Assembly (NCBI GenBank): GCA_030704615.1
Contig: CM060733.1
Span: forward strand, 65,844,001-65,908,000
Length of the DNA: 64,000 bases
Origin: Takakia lepidozioides
Taxonomy: Eukaryota; Plantae; Bryophyta
Reading direction: 5' to 3'
In this document: positions 52,901 to 64,000 of the stretch, one piece after another
How the letters are laid out: the number at the start of each line of letters is the position of its first letter
Position numbering within the stretch: the first letter of the stretch is position 1
The notes under the pieces: generated by a model
The model's input: the letters and a program-made list of their open reading frames with translations, nothing else
Database searches by the model: none
Told to the model about the DNA's origin: nothing
Program-made: the position numbers and the translations under genes

Positions 52901-53306
52901 ACATGGGTGTCATGGATTTACAATCTTGCCAACAGCATTTCCTAACACTTCATAAACCGGAATTTGTTGCTGACATGGCCAAAACAACGTGCACCAAAAT
53001 AACTGTCATGGTGATCAATATTCCCGTGGGTTCAAATCCTAATAATGAATTCTATTTTAAGACACATTCCTTCAATATGTATTGCTCATTTAACACAAGA
53101 ATTAAAATAGAAATTGAGTTCCATTCTTCAATATCAATTCTGAAACATGTTAACAATAGTAAAATGCCTAAAGTACAAAACGTCAAAGAGGTACAATTTC
53201 TTTTTATTCTTGATAGTCGTTGCCGACCTCAATGATCATAGCCTCCTTTATCCACTTCTATGTCATGACGTACATATAAGTTTTCTTTCACAGTGACTAC
53301 AATGTC

Positions 53307-53726
53307 TCAAATCCTATTGCGGCAAACAGGGCATGATCCGTTTCGAAGCAGCCACCCTTCAATGCAGATAGAGTGAAAGGAATGGCCGCACTCACTGAGA
53401 ATACGGACTGACTCGCCCTCTACTGGACAGTCTTGGCAAACATTGCATTGTTCGTTTGTTGCTGGACATGTTTCTCCTTCGATAACAAACTCCATTGAAT
53501 GCATTTCAATGATTTCCATGTTTGCCCCTGTCCATCGCAAATAATCCTCTACATGTACCTCCATCTCATCACCTTCCCCATCAATGTCCATGTGCTCATC
53601 TTCATCCTCATCGTCAGAATCTGCAGTGGAGTCCCCTGCTGAAAGGCCGTTCCCATTGACGGACTGTTGAACCACCATTGCCTCATCATTTTCGTGCTTG
53701 GCAAGGCACTCGGCGATATCGTCCAT
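53307..53726 (-). CDS. Intronless RING-H2 finger ORF with acidic tract, probably transposon cargo
   Basis: CNVC-x15-CGHSFHSICIEGWLLRNGSCPVCR has a complete C3H2C3 pattern; open frame; flanked by the element's TAGTC-N6-GACTA motifs. Confidence 0.7.
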   Translation of the reverse strand: MDDIAECLAKHENDEAMVVQQSVNGNGLSAGDSTADSDDEDEDEHMDIDGEGDEMEVHVEDYLRWTGANMEIIEMHSMEFVIEGETCPATNEQCNVCQDCPVEGESVRILSECGHSFHSICIEGWLLRNGSCPVCRNRI

Positions 53727-54789
53727 AAATGGAGCCCACCATGAAGTCGATGCAGGCCTGTCCTCCCCATTTCCACTGACACCACTACTGCTTGCGCCTG
53801 CATTGAAGAGCTCGCGTCCATCTTATCTAAGAACGGACTATCCTAAAACACAACTGATTGGAATAGAAAGTGACCCCAAACAGTGTACATGTAGTCGTTG
53901 CAGACTATAAGTGATAGCCAGCCGAAAGCGCTGCTGTCTTTGACAAAAGGAAGTAGGTGTTGAACAGCAGCCCTTCTGTTGAAAGAGGAAGTGGCAGAGA
54001 ACAATGTGCTTGTAGTCGGTGCAGACTACATGTACCCATGTACGCTTAGTCGCTTTCGCTCGAGACAAAACCTGGTAGGTGTCGAACAACATATCCTATA
54101 TTATTTTGGAGCTTTCGGTTGTTTCAAAATAAGTTTTTTAATGTTGTTGTAGATACCATTCCACCGTCCACTTTCCACCAGACCGATATGTTTTTTATTT
54201 TTTATTTTTTTAGCCGTTTGCACTTCCAATATCATCATGGGACGTGCTAGAAGAATCTTCTGTCTATATTTGTAATGGATGACATCCTTTGCATGATCAG
54301 TTTTGTTCTTTTTAGGTCTCGAGTTCAACTTCCTGTGCATGCCATAAACGAGATGCCTGCATGTTACAGTGGTGATTCAGGGCTCAAATCTCATTCCCGC
54401 CATATTTATTAATTAACAATATGCGATCTCACACATTTGAATTACCTGCTCATACTAAGTACACTTCATGGCTTCCATTAATTTTTATAGAATTTTCTTA
54501 TAGCGTACCTATTCCCGCGGACTTTCTACCGTGCCCCTATTCTCGCGGGTATTTGTCCCCAGACCTCTCGGCCCAATGTCTGTAATTGGCAACGACTACA
54601 TAGGTTCGGCAACTACCGAACCTAATTTTGAGTAACCGAACCTACGGAATGTTGCACTTACTGATGGTGCACCTATCCTTTTTCAACTTCAAATGCTGTC
54701 GGAATTGCGGTTGGAAATCCAAATATGGAAGAATATTCCTTGGATATTCGGTTGTTCATGCTCACCGCTCATGCAAAGTACACACCCCT

Positions 54790-57000
54790 GTAATGCACCA
54801 GCAACTTTCCAGAAAGTGATCAGTGAATTTTTTCATGAGTACTTGGAAGATTTCATGCAAGTATTCTTAGATGACTTCAGTGTTTACAGCTCTAAGAATG
54901 AGAACTTGCAGAAATTGGAATTATGTTTGGCCAGATGCAGGATGAGAGGTCTTTGGCTGAATCCAAAAAAATGTACTTTCTGTGTGAACTCAGGAGTTCT
55001 TTTAGGACACATTGTGTGTCAAAAAGGACTGCTTGTAGATCCTAGAAAGACTGAGGCTATTAAAGCCTCTCCACCACCAAGTAACGTTAAGGCTCTAAGG
55101 AGGTTCCTTGGACAAACCAGTTATTACATAAGGTTTGTCAGACGATATGCACAGAAGGCAGCACCATTGAGCAAGCTGTTGAAGAAGGATGCAGGGTTTG
55201 CATGGACAGCTGAGTGCCAACACGCCTTCGAGGAATTTACATTGTCAGTAACAACTACACCTGTGCTGATTAATCCACATTGGCATATGGTATTTCATGT
55301 ACAGTGTGATGCCTCTGGAGAAGCATTGGGAGCTGTGTAGCCCAAAATGTCACAGGAAACATAGATTCACCGGTGTATTATGCTAGCAAACTGTTGAACA
55401 GTGTTGAAAGGAACTATAGCACCACCGAAAGAGAAGCTTTGGCAACGATTTATTCAGTCAAGAAGTTCAAGCATTATTTGCTTGAAAGGAAATTTATATT
55501 CTATGTGGATCATCAAGCTCTGATTTATTTGGTGAACAAGCCTTTGATAAGTCGAAGGATAGCAAGATGGTTGGTTATACTGCATGAGTTTGAATTTGAA
55601 GTTGTTTACAAACCTGGACGTTTGCATCTTGTGGCAGATCACTTGTCACGTCTTTCAACAGGAGAACCCACCACAAGGGTAGACGATCAACTGCCTGATG
55701 CAAGTTTATTTGCAGTAAAAGTGGGAGCACATGACTGGTTTGATTGGCAATGGCCAATCAGATATTACCTTACTCATGGACAGTGCCCATCTAGTTATGG
55801 GAAGGAACAAAGGAAGATGATAGCCATTAAAGCCCTACCATATACTATGATAGGAGGAAAATTGTATGTAAGTTGGGACCAGATGGAGTCCTAAAGAGAT
55901 GCTTGTACCATCATGAAATTAATAAAGTTTTGGAAGAAATTCACAAAGGGATAGTTGGAGGACATTATGGAGAAGAGACTACCAGCAGGAAAATACTACT
56001 TGCAGGATATTGGTGGCCTACCTTATTCAAAGATGTACATAATTATTGTAAGAGCTGTGATGAATGTCAAAGGCTGGGACCTTTGTAGAGATCTGGAAAG
56101 ATGGCACTCATTTCAGAAATGGGGATTAAACTTTGTTGGACCAATTAATCCACCAGCCAGGAACACCCAAAACAAGTATATAATCACAGCCATGGATTAT
56201 ACTACTAAGTGGGTAGAAGCCAAGGCACTGCGAGATAACACAACGAAATCTACAGCTAGATTTCTTTATGAGAACATAATAACGAGATTTGGTTGCCCCT
56301 TGGAATTTATCAGTGATCAAGGGAGTCATTTCATTAATGAGACCATTCAACTATTGACTAAGGAGTTCATGATTGTGCACAGGAAGAGTACAACCTATTA
56401 CCCACAGGGCAATGGGCAGGCAGAGGCCACCAATAAGATACTTTGCACTATCTTTGCTAAGATAGTCAATGCCATCAAAACTGATTGGGATACCAAGCTT
56501 TTGAAAGCTTTGTGGTCATATATGACTTCATACAAGGTCACCACCAAGTATACACCATTCCAATTAGTCTATGGCATGGAAGCTCTACTTCCAGTGGAAT
56601 TCTTATTACCTACCATGAGAACTGAATGGGGAAGGAGAATGGAATTGGAGGATTCAATTAAAGTAAGGAAACATGAACTATATCATGTGGGAGAAGTACG
56701 TGTTGATGCAGCAGATAACATGGCCAGAATTTAGATGAAAAGAAATGATCGGTTTGATGAAGGCAAACTTTGTACTTTTAAGACAGGAGATTTGGTACTA
56801 TGGTTGCAGAAGAAGAGAAAGATTAAAGCCTCTAAGCTTAAATCACCATGGAATGGACCTTATGTCATACAGAAGATGTATGATAACAACACAACTATGT
56901 TACAAACAATTAACAAAGAAATGTTTGGTAGAGTCAATGCCAACAAGTTGAAGGAATACAGTGGTATCCATGATAGACCATTGCAGCATGATTTGCATCT
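54790..57000 (+). mobile_element. Ty3/Gypsy pol remnant (RT-RNaseH-integrase)
   Basis: NAPATFQ..VFLDDF..LNPKKC..LLGHIV; QCDAS, YSTTEREAL, YVDHQAL; GGHYG..YWWP..CDEC; DYTTKWVEA, ISDQGSHF, YPQGNGQAE, WNGPY; stops and frameshifts. Confidence 0.92.
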
Positions 57001-57239
57001 TGAAACACAGATGCAGTCACAGGCTACACCAGTAGCACCAGTGGAGCATAAAGCACTTGTCATAACGCCGAATGTGTATGGCCATAGCAAAGAACACGGG
57101 TGTTCACACAGCAAACACAGCCTACCACAATCTGTCACAGCCCGTCACAGCCCGTCATAGCCCATCACAGGCAACACAGCCCACGCAGGTTGCACAGTCC
57201 ATTGGAGCAGTGACAAGTGGACATGAGTTAACAACAGTA

Positions 57240-60200
57240 ACCGATTCTGATAAGTGGGAAAAACAGGGTGAAATGTGTTGAAGAAGGTGCTTTCATTAGC
57301 AGCGCCTGAATTTATCAATCGTGCCGCTGCTGCTGCAGCTTCCATGGCCAGTTGACCATCTACCAATGCAGGTTGCTAGTAGCTATTGATCCACAGGGAA
57401 TCATAGGTAATCTGGAGCTTGAAGTCCGGCCCTCTTGGACGAATCTAGACCCCCACTCTATCCCTGCTCCTTCAGCTGTCCATGTCTCTACACAAATCAA
57501 GCATACATCATTGGCTTGCTGCTAGCAGCTGACAATGACAGCCTAGAATTGTTCCAGCAAACACCCCAACCCTACTTATCGTACTAGTTCCTATGTTGAC
57601 TTACGTCTGCTTCCAACATGCATTCACCTTTCTGCCTGGATTGTTCCACCATTGACTGGGGTCGGAAACATATTCATTCCAGAGTTTCTCTGCATCTCTG
57701 CTATCTATTTTTTGATACTTTCCTGTTGACCACATTGGCAGTTACATGTCAAAATCACTCCAACACCACCATAGATCCACCAACGAGCTAACTTGTAGAA
57801 TTCAACATGAAAATTTAGGGACGACTCTGATAGCAGGGGAAAACAGGATGAAATATGTTGAAGAAGGTACCTTCATTAGCAATGGGCCTTGTTCTATCAA
57901 TTGTGCTGTTGCTGCTGCTATTTCCAGTTGACCACGTATGAGCTACCCACTTGTAGCCGTTGTGCTATTGAAGAAGGTGCCCCCTTCCCCCATCATTTGA
58001 TCATAGGTCTCCAAAGCCTCCATACCATGTCCTGTTGTGCATACCCTGCAAGCATCGCGTTCCATGACACCACGTTCCATTCCGCCGTAGTGTTGAAAAC
58101 TCCCTTCGCATCCTTAATGCACCCACATTTGGCATACATGTCCACCAGGGCAGTGTTCAGAATGACATCTGGTACAATTCCAGCTTTGACAATGTCACTA
58201 TGGACCTCTTTCCCCTTTTCCAGAGCTCCCAGGCTTGCGCATGCATTGCAAACACAAACAAATGTGATGTGGTTGGGCTTCACCCTTTCACGCAACATTT
58301 GCTCATAGGTCTCCAAAGCATTCCTATCACACCCATGCTTGGTAAATCCTGCCAACATAATATTCCACATGATCAAAGATCGTTGGAGCATTCTGTTGAA
58401 CACTTGGTGAGCATCAATGATGCTCCCACTATTAACATACATGTTGACAAGGGTGTTGAGTAGAAAAACATTTGACGTGAATCCACTTTGGATAATGTGA
58501 ATGTGCACCTACTTTCCAGCTTCCAGACCTTCCATCTTGATGCACTTAAGCAAGAGACAGACGGACATATCTGAATCTGCTGAAATGCCTTGCGATGTGG
58601 TCAGGCTTCACCCCTTCCCCCATCATTTTCTCATAGGTCTCCAAAGCCTCCATCCCGTTCCCCTATTGTGCATACCCTGCAAGCATCACGTTCCACGACA
58701 CCACATCTTGTTCAGCCAGAAAACTCCCCTCACATCTTTAATGCACCCACCTTTGGCAAACATGTCCACCAAGGTAGTGTTCCGGATGACATCTCGTACA
58801 ATTCTAGCTTTGCCAATGTCAGTATCGACCTCTTTCCTCTTTTCCAGAGCTCCCAGGCTCACACGCATTGCAAACACAAACAAATGTGATGTGGCTGGGG
58901 GGCTTCACCGCTTCACACATGAGCACACATCATTTGCTCATGTCTCCAAAACATTCCTAACACACCTATGCTTGGTACATCCTTCCAACATAATATTCCA
59001 CGTGATCAAAGATCATTGAGGCATTCTGTTGAACACTTGGTGAGCATCCCTAATGCTCCATCACTTAACATACATGTTGACAAGGGTGTTGAGTAGAAAA
59101 ACATTTGGCGTGAATCCACTTTGGATAATGTGAGTGCACCTACTTTTCAGCTTCCAGACCTTCCATCTTGATGCACTTAAGCAAGAGACAGACATACGTA
59201 TCTGAATCTGCTGAAATGCCTCCTTGGTTTAGAATCTGTAGAGCCACTGTCAGGCTGTCTACCGCACAAAGTATCTTCACATGCCCAGAAGTGTCAGAAG
59301 AGGCATTGTGGACCCCTCTCTTGATCCTCTTTCAGAAGTTGTGGTCATGGTTGAGGTGCCTGATTTTTATCAACTGTGCCGCTGCAACTGCTGTCTTTAG
59401 TTCACCATCTACCCATGCAGGTTTCTTGTAGCTACTGATCCACATGGAATCAAGGTAATCTGGAGCTTGAAGTCCCGCCTTCTTGCATGAATCTGGACCC
59501 ACACTCTATCCCTGCTCCTTCAGCTATCCATGCCTCTGCACAAATCATGCATACATCCTTGCCTTGTAGCTGATAATGACAGCCTAGATTTGTTCTAAGG
59601 AACACCCAACTCAGCTTATTACACTAGTTCCTATGCTGAATTGCGTCTGCTACTCTCCTGTAATTAATCTAACAGGCATTCATCTTTTTGCCTCGGTGTC
59701 CCACCATTGACTGGGGTCGGAAAAGTATTCATTCCACAGCTTCTCCTCATCTCTGTTATGTGTTTTTGGATACTTTCCTGTTGTCACAGTGGCAGTATCA
59801 TGTCAAAGTCACTCCAAACTACATTCACTCAACCAGCTAACTTGCAGAAATCAACAAGACGATATAGGGCCGACCTTGATAAGAGGGAAAAAGAGGGTGA
59901 AATGTGTTGAAGAAGGTGCCTTCATTAGCAGTGACTGGTTTTATCAATTGTGCCACGTCTGCTGTTGTGGCTTCCAGTTGACCATGTACCCATACAAATT
60001 TCTTGTAGCTATCCGTCCACAGGGAATCATAGGTAATCTGGTGCTTGAAATTTGGCCCTCTTGGATGAATCTGGACAAATCCCTGCTCCTATGCTCTGCA
60101 CAAATCATGCATACATCCTTGCCTTGCTCCTAACAGCTGACAATGACAACCTAGATTTCTTCTAACAACCACCCCAACCCTACTTATCCCACTAGCTTTC

Positions 60201-60360
60201 AACAGGCACTTACTTTTTTGCCTCGATTGTTCCACCCTTGACTGCGATCGGAAACATATTCATTCCAGAGCTTCTCATTGTCTCTGTTATCTGTTTTTCG
60301 ATAGTTTCCTATTGCCACATTGGCAGTAACATGTCAAAATCACTCCAAAACCACCACAGA
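57240..60360 (-). pseudogene. (PDF)n-PLS PPR fusion pseudogene
   Basis: First-half exon ending 60214 (KLWNEYVSDRSQGWNNRGKK|GT); exon from 60070 (IHPRGPNFKHQITYDSLWTDSYKKFVWVHGQL); first half at ~59750-59685; exon from 59492 running into the PPR N-terminus; PLS repeats 59300-57990; further halves ending at 57628 and starting at 57444. Confidence 0.85.
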
Positions 60361-60364
60361 TCCT

Positions 60365-62287
60365 GTGTTCAAGGTCGAACGATGTGCCGCCCTCATCAGC
60401 ATCTCCTGCCTGTCTGGTTCGATACCCCATTGTTTTCCTCCCAGAAACTGGTAGTAACCAGATTGTTGCATGATGGCCATCACAATATCTTCTGTTGTTG
60501 CTGTCAACATGTCAACGAGACCCTTCTCACTGCAGCCCAGTTCGCCTGGGCATTGTCAGCCATGAAGCCCCTAAAATTGGGAGGGGGCAACTTCGCTCTT
60601 GCCATTTGCTCATTAATTCCGCGCCACATATGCAACTCCGAATCTGTGTCTTCTCCTTTCATTTCGCAGATAGCAATGGTCATCAACTTTCTGCAATGTG
60701 GGTCGTATACATGTGCCTCCATTGTCACCCAACCGTGGTTGGTGATTCGCCTGATGTGGTCGAACATGACCCAGCAATTTGAGAGGTCTCCACTGGTCAT
60801 CTGCTTCACCAAATTGACACCGCTCCCCGGTCCGCACGTTGACATCTTAAATATGAAGCATTTGTCCGTCTCTGAGCCTTGACCAGGAAAGAAGCTGCCC
60901 TGGATGAAGTCGTAGCCGCATGTGCGCTTCACTTCCAAGATGGAGTGCATGTCTGATCCTCTTCTGATTCGTTTCTTGCAGCCGACAATGTGGTTCCTGA
61001 CATTGGGAGACAGCTTCCAGCAGCTCCTTCATATCCCCCTGCTTCCAGCAGCTTCTCTCTTGTGCTTCTGTCCTCCGACATTATTTTGCCTATTGCAATT
61101 CTATGTGCGGATGCGAGCTGTATCTGCTTTGGTTTTGCTCTCGGCATCAACCTCACCTCTTCCTTGATAATATCCTGGGCTTGTTGAAAAGCGACTCTGC
61201 AATTGCCTCTGGCGACGGGGTGGTCATGCTTTCCGATGTGAATGCATGCTCTGGTGCACGCTAGGCCGACGGTCCCGACGTAGTACTGCTTGGCGTTGCA
61301 CACTGCCATGCACGTAGGGGTTGCGTTGCAATGGGCACACTTGAACGTCCATGCAGGAACTCTACCTTGAGGCCAAAATGGGGTCGACGAATTGCCAATC
61401 CACTCTGTCTCATTCCGGGTGCCTTTGCTCGTGTAGTGGTAACATGTGCTCGAGAAACATTTAAGATGTCCAGCACACAATACATATCTCACTTGAGCTC
61501 CATTACCCAGGTTGGACGATGAAGTTTTGGTGACACACCATGGGTGGCCGTCATGTTTCCTATTCATTCCTGCCAGCATGCCATCTGGGCCTGCACCTGG
61601 CGGCACTGGAGGGAACTAGTAGATAGCATTCCCATCCACAACTTCAGGCAAAGTTTCCACATAATGGATTGGAGTTTTGTCGTAATCAAGCCTAAGAAGG
61701 TCACTAGAGCGGGAACCCGCTGTCTTCATCCTCCGCAATATGTCGATTACTGAGCGGACGGAAGTTGAGTCCAAGGGTGTATGCTCATTGTCTGCCGACA
61801 TCTGAACACTCCTAGTGACAGACGACTTTGAAACATACGATGGAAGGACCATACAGTCTTCATCGTCACTGGATAAGTTGTGGACGACTGTTTCCCTGGA
61901 ATGTGTACCCACCGACGAGCTATGGAGTGGAAAATCCTCGATTTCCCTGTTCATATGTTTGGGCTTCTCTGCTTGTGAAGAGGTGCCCACATCCCTCATG
62001 GCAGACTTCACATCTTGCACGCCAGACCCTCTTGTGGAAGGAGGATCAACCAAGTTCCAGCATGGGAACTCTTTAGGCACGATTTCACCAATTGCACTGT
62101 ACCAGATGGATTCAGAAGCTGGGAGCCGCCACTCTTTGCCCTTTCCGAAATCTGCATGCAGAATGACGGCACTTTCCAGAAAATTCCCATAAGCATCCTT
62201 CGTCTCCTCTTCCAAAAACACCGTTCCTGGGCGGAGCCCGAACTTCACACACAAGTACTGCTCAGTGACAATCGCAAATCCTCGCAA
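60365..62287 (-). mobile_element. Mutator-like transposase pseudogene with GCM-like zinc-binding domain; internal deletion
   Basis: DGHPW..CAGHLKC..C..CAHC..C..HIGKHDHP; YDFIQGSFFPGQG..CFIFKMS..WVMFD..FMADNA homologous to ORF 48975; a deletion near 60520 joins AAVRR to VDMLTATTEDIVMAIMQ (homologous to ORF 50766), removing CxxH and the candidate catalytic E. Confidence 0.8.
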
Positions 62288-62596
62288 GGTATTTTAGCTT
62301 TCAGATAATCAAGATGGAAGTACATGTTTACCCAAACACGGGAGTCCATGTTGAAGACAACAACTCTCGGTAGGCTCCGCAGCGAAGTCCTGCAATGAGA
62401 AGAGTGTGTCCTATATAATACCACAATCATTTTCTGGAGGATTTTGTATCCAACAGGATGGGTGATCAGTGCACGTATGGATGGAGGTGTGTAACGTACG
62501 TGACAAATACGGACGACCACAACAAATTCACATCAAAAATTGGGTGTCTGAATTGTGATGTACCACCAGTTGGGCTACAATAAATCAGGCCTTCTC

Positions 62597-63750
62597 ATGA
62601 ATTTCGACACCGAAATTCGGATGAACATCTCTGTCATGTAACAGATTTGGAAGCCACGAGATGAATTCCGGCGACAGAATTCGAAATTAATTCACCTCAT
62701 GAAACTGAGCTAGCACCCGACGGATGGATTTCGGTGCCGAAATTTGGATGAACATATTCTTCATGAAATTGTTTCTGCACATAAAGGATGAATTTTGGCG
62801 CCGAAATACGGATGAATGTGTTCGTGATTAGAGTCATGATTCAGGACGTGTAAGGATTTCTTTGGCGAAATCGGGATGACAATAACCCTGAATGGATAGT
62901 AGGGATGAGTTTCGGCGCCGAAATTCATCGTTCGCATGGCAATAATATTATTGGAGGGAGGACAGTGGATGAATTTCGGCGCCGAAATTCATTCTTCTTC
63001 TACTTTTTCGAAAGTCTTTTGCTGTCCTGCGAATGAATTTCGGCGCCAAAATTCATCCGAAGTCCTCCCTTCAATTTTTTTTTTCCTTGCGACCGATGAA
63101 TTTTGGCACCGAAATTCATCCATACTGTCGGCAAAGGGTAACTCTAATATTACATTTTCCATGCGACGGATGAATTTCGGCGCCGAAATTCATCCGAACC
63201 CGACACTTACTTCTTGCTTCTGGATGATGTAAGGTTCCGAAATTCGTATGAAATAACCCATTCAGACAGAGAAAACATGAATATTCTGCATTAAATGGAG
63301 AAATCGGCACATTTAATCCCTTATGTCTTTCAAAAGGCCGTTATCCAATGACGCAAGGGGATATTTTCTCAGGTTAGGGAAAAAGTAATTGCATTTTAGC
63401 CGTTGTTTTCATTTGAAACTGACCGTATCCATTAAGTGGTCATTTCTCGTACAGGCGGTTGCCGCAAATAAAGTATAATTTTGGCGCCGAAATTATACTT
63501 AACAGTCTAGACATGGCACGTCCAACAGGCATAGACAGCAACCGTGAAGGGCATTGATGGCAGCAAAGCGTGGCATGGTGCCGGTTTACTGTTCAGGTTG
63601 GATCTATTTCGGCGCCGAAATATGGATGATTTCAGCTCGTTTGCTCGCGGACGGAGATATTGTTAATGAATTTCGGCGCCGAAATATGGATGGAATGTGC
63701 CCCAGTGTAGCGTTCTGCACAGTTCCGGAATTAATTTCGGATCCGATATC
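62597..63750. repeat. Array of ~15 palindromes (consensus GATGAATTTCGGCGCCGAAATTCATC) upstream of the MULE ORF
   Basis: Centres at ~62608, 62672, 62735, 62799, 62863, 62916, 62980, 63044, 63107, 63181, 63235, 63485, 63613, 63677, 63741. Confidence 0.92.
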
Positions 63751-64000
63751 CGACTGACAGGTGTGCTCATGACGGATGAGGACTGTCGCGCGGCTTTTAC
63801 TCACCCATCCCTTCGCTATCCGAGGCGGAAACTCCAAGATAGAAGAGTTGGAAATCTCTAAGTACTCAGCCCGCGCAGAACAATCAGTCATGACCTACAG
63901 CTAGTGTATCATGGGGGTGTTTCCTATTTGTTTCCTTTTCCGCATTCATCTTAGCTACCTTACCATTGATAATTAAGTATCAGTTTGCTTCATCAATTTA

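Noticed and set aside
44750-60360. Plus-strand ORFs recurring in the repeat (e.g. KREKQGEMC, GIIGNLELEI)
   Set aside because: Antisense shadows of the PDF cassette; splice sites and conserved motifs are on the minus strand
62597-63250. CRISPR array
   Set aside because: Eukaryotic transposon context, no cas genes, repeats degenerate throughout and fully palindromic, spacing follows the helical period; better explained as subterminal repeats
1-64000. tRNA, rRNA or prokaryotic/organellar insertion
   Set aside because: No recognisable structural RNA or operon-like segment seen; tRNAscan or Infernal would be needed to exclude small RNAs

Overview
Eukaryotic nuclear DNA from a land plant, probably bryophyte or seed-free grade (inferred from GT-AG introns, PLS-class PPR-DYW genes, Ty3/Gypsy and Sola elements). 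One intact host gene is present: a 13-coding-exon PRP40C/TCERG1-type WW-FF splicing factor (minus strand, 25403-33695, ~960 aa). It is surrounded by nested, mostly decayed transposons: several Ty3/Gypsy remnants (one with a PHD finger on the integrase), a Sola-type DDD transposase, and three copies of a Mutator-like family with a GCM-like N-terminus and a C-terminal SWIM finger. Main observation: the dispersed repeat at 4.3-4.7, 44.7-48.2 and 57.2-60.4 kb is a degenerate exon/intron cassette encoding the PDF motif (W..F..DP..WWDNR..K | ..P..PDFKH....LW......P.WV) of plant organellar ssDNA-binding (OSB) proteins. One copy reads in frame into a PLS-PPR array, another follows a transit-peptide-like first exon, and a closely similar PLS array at 1.2-3.0 kb ends in E/DYW. 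Together these suggest a locally amplified family of transit peptide-(PDF)n-PPR-(DYW) fusion genes; all copies in this window are pseudogenised. Secondary observations are helically phased palindrome arrays and RING-H2 cargo ORFs in the DNA transposons. All calls come from manual translation and motif recognition; no database searches were run.
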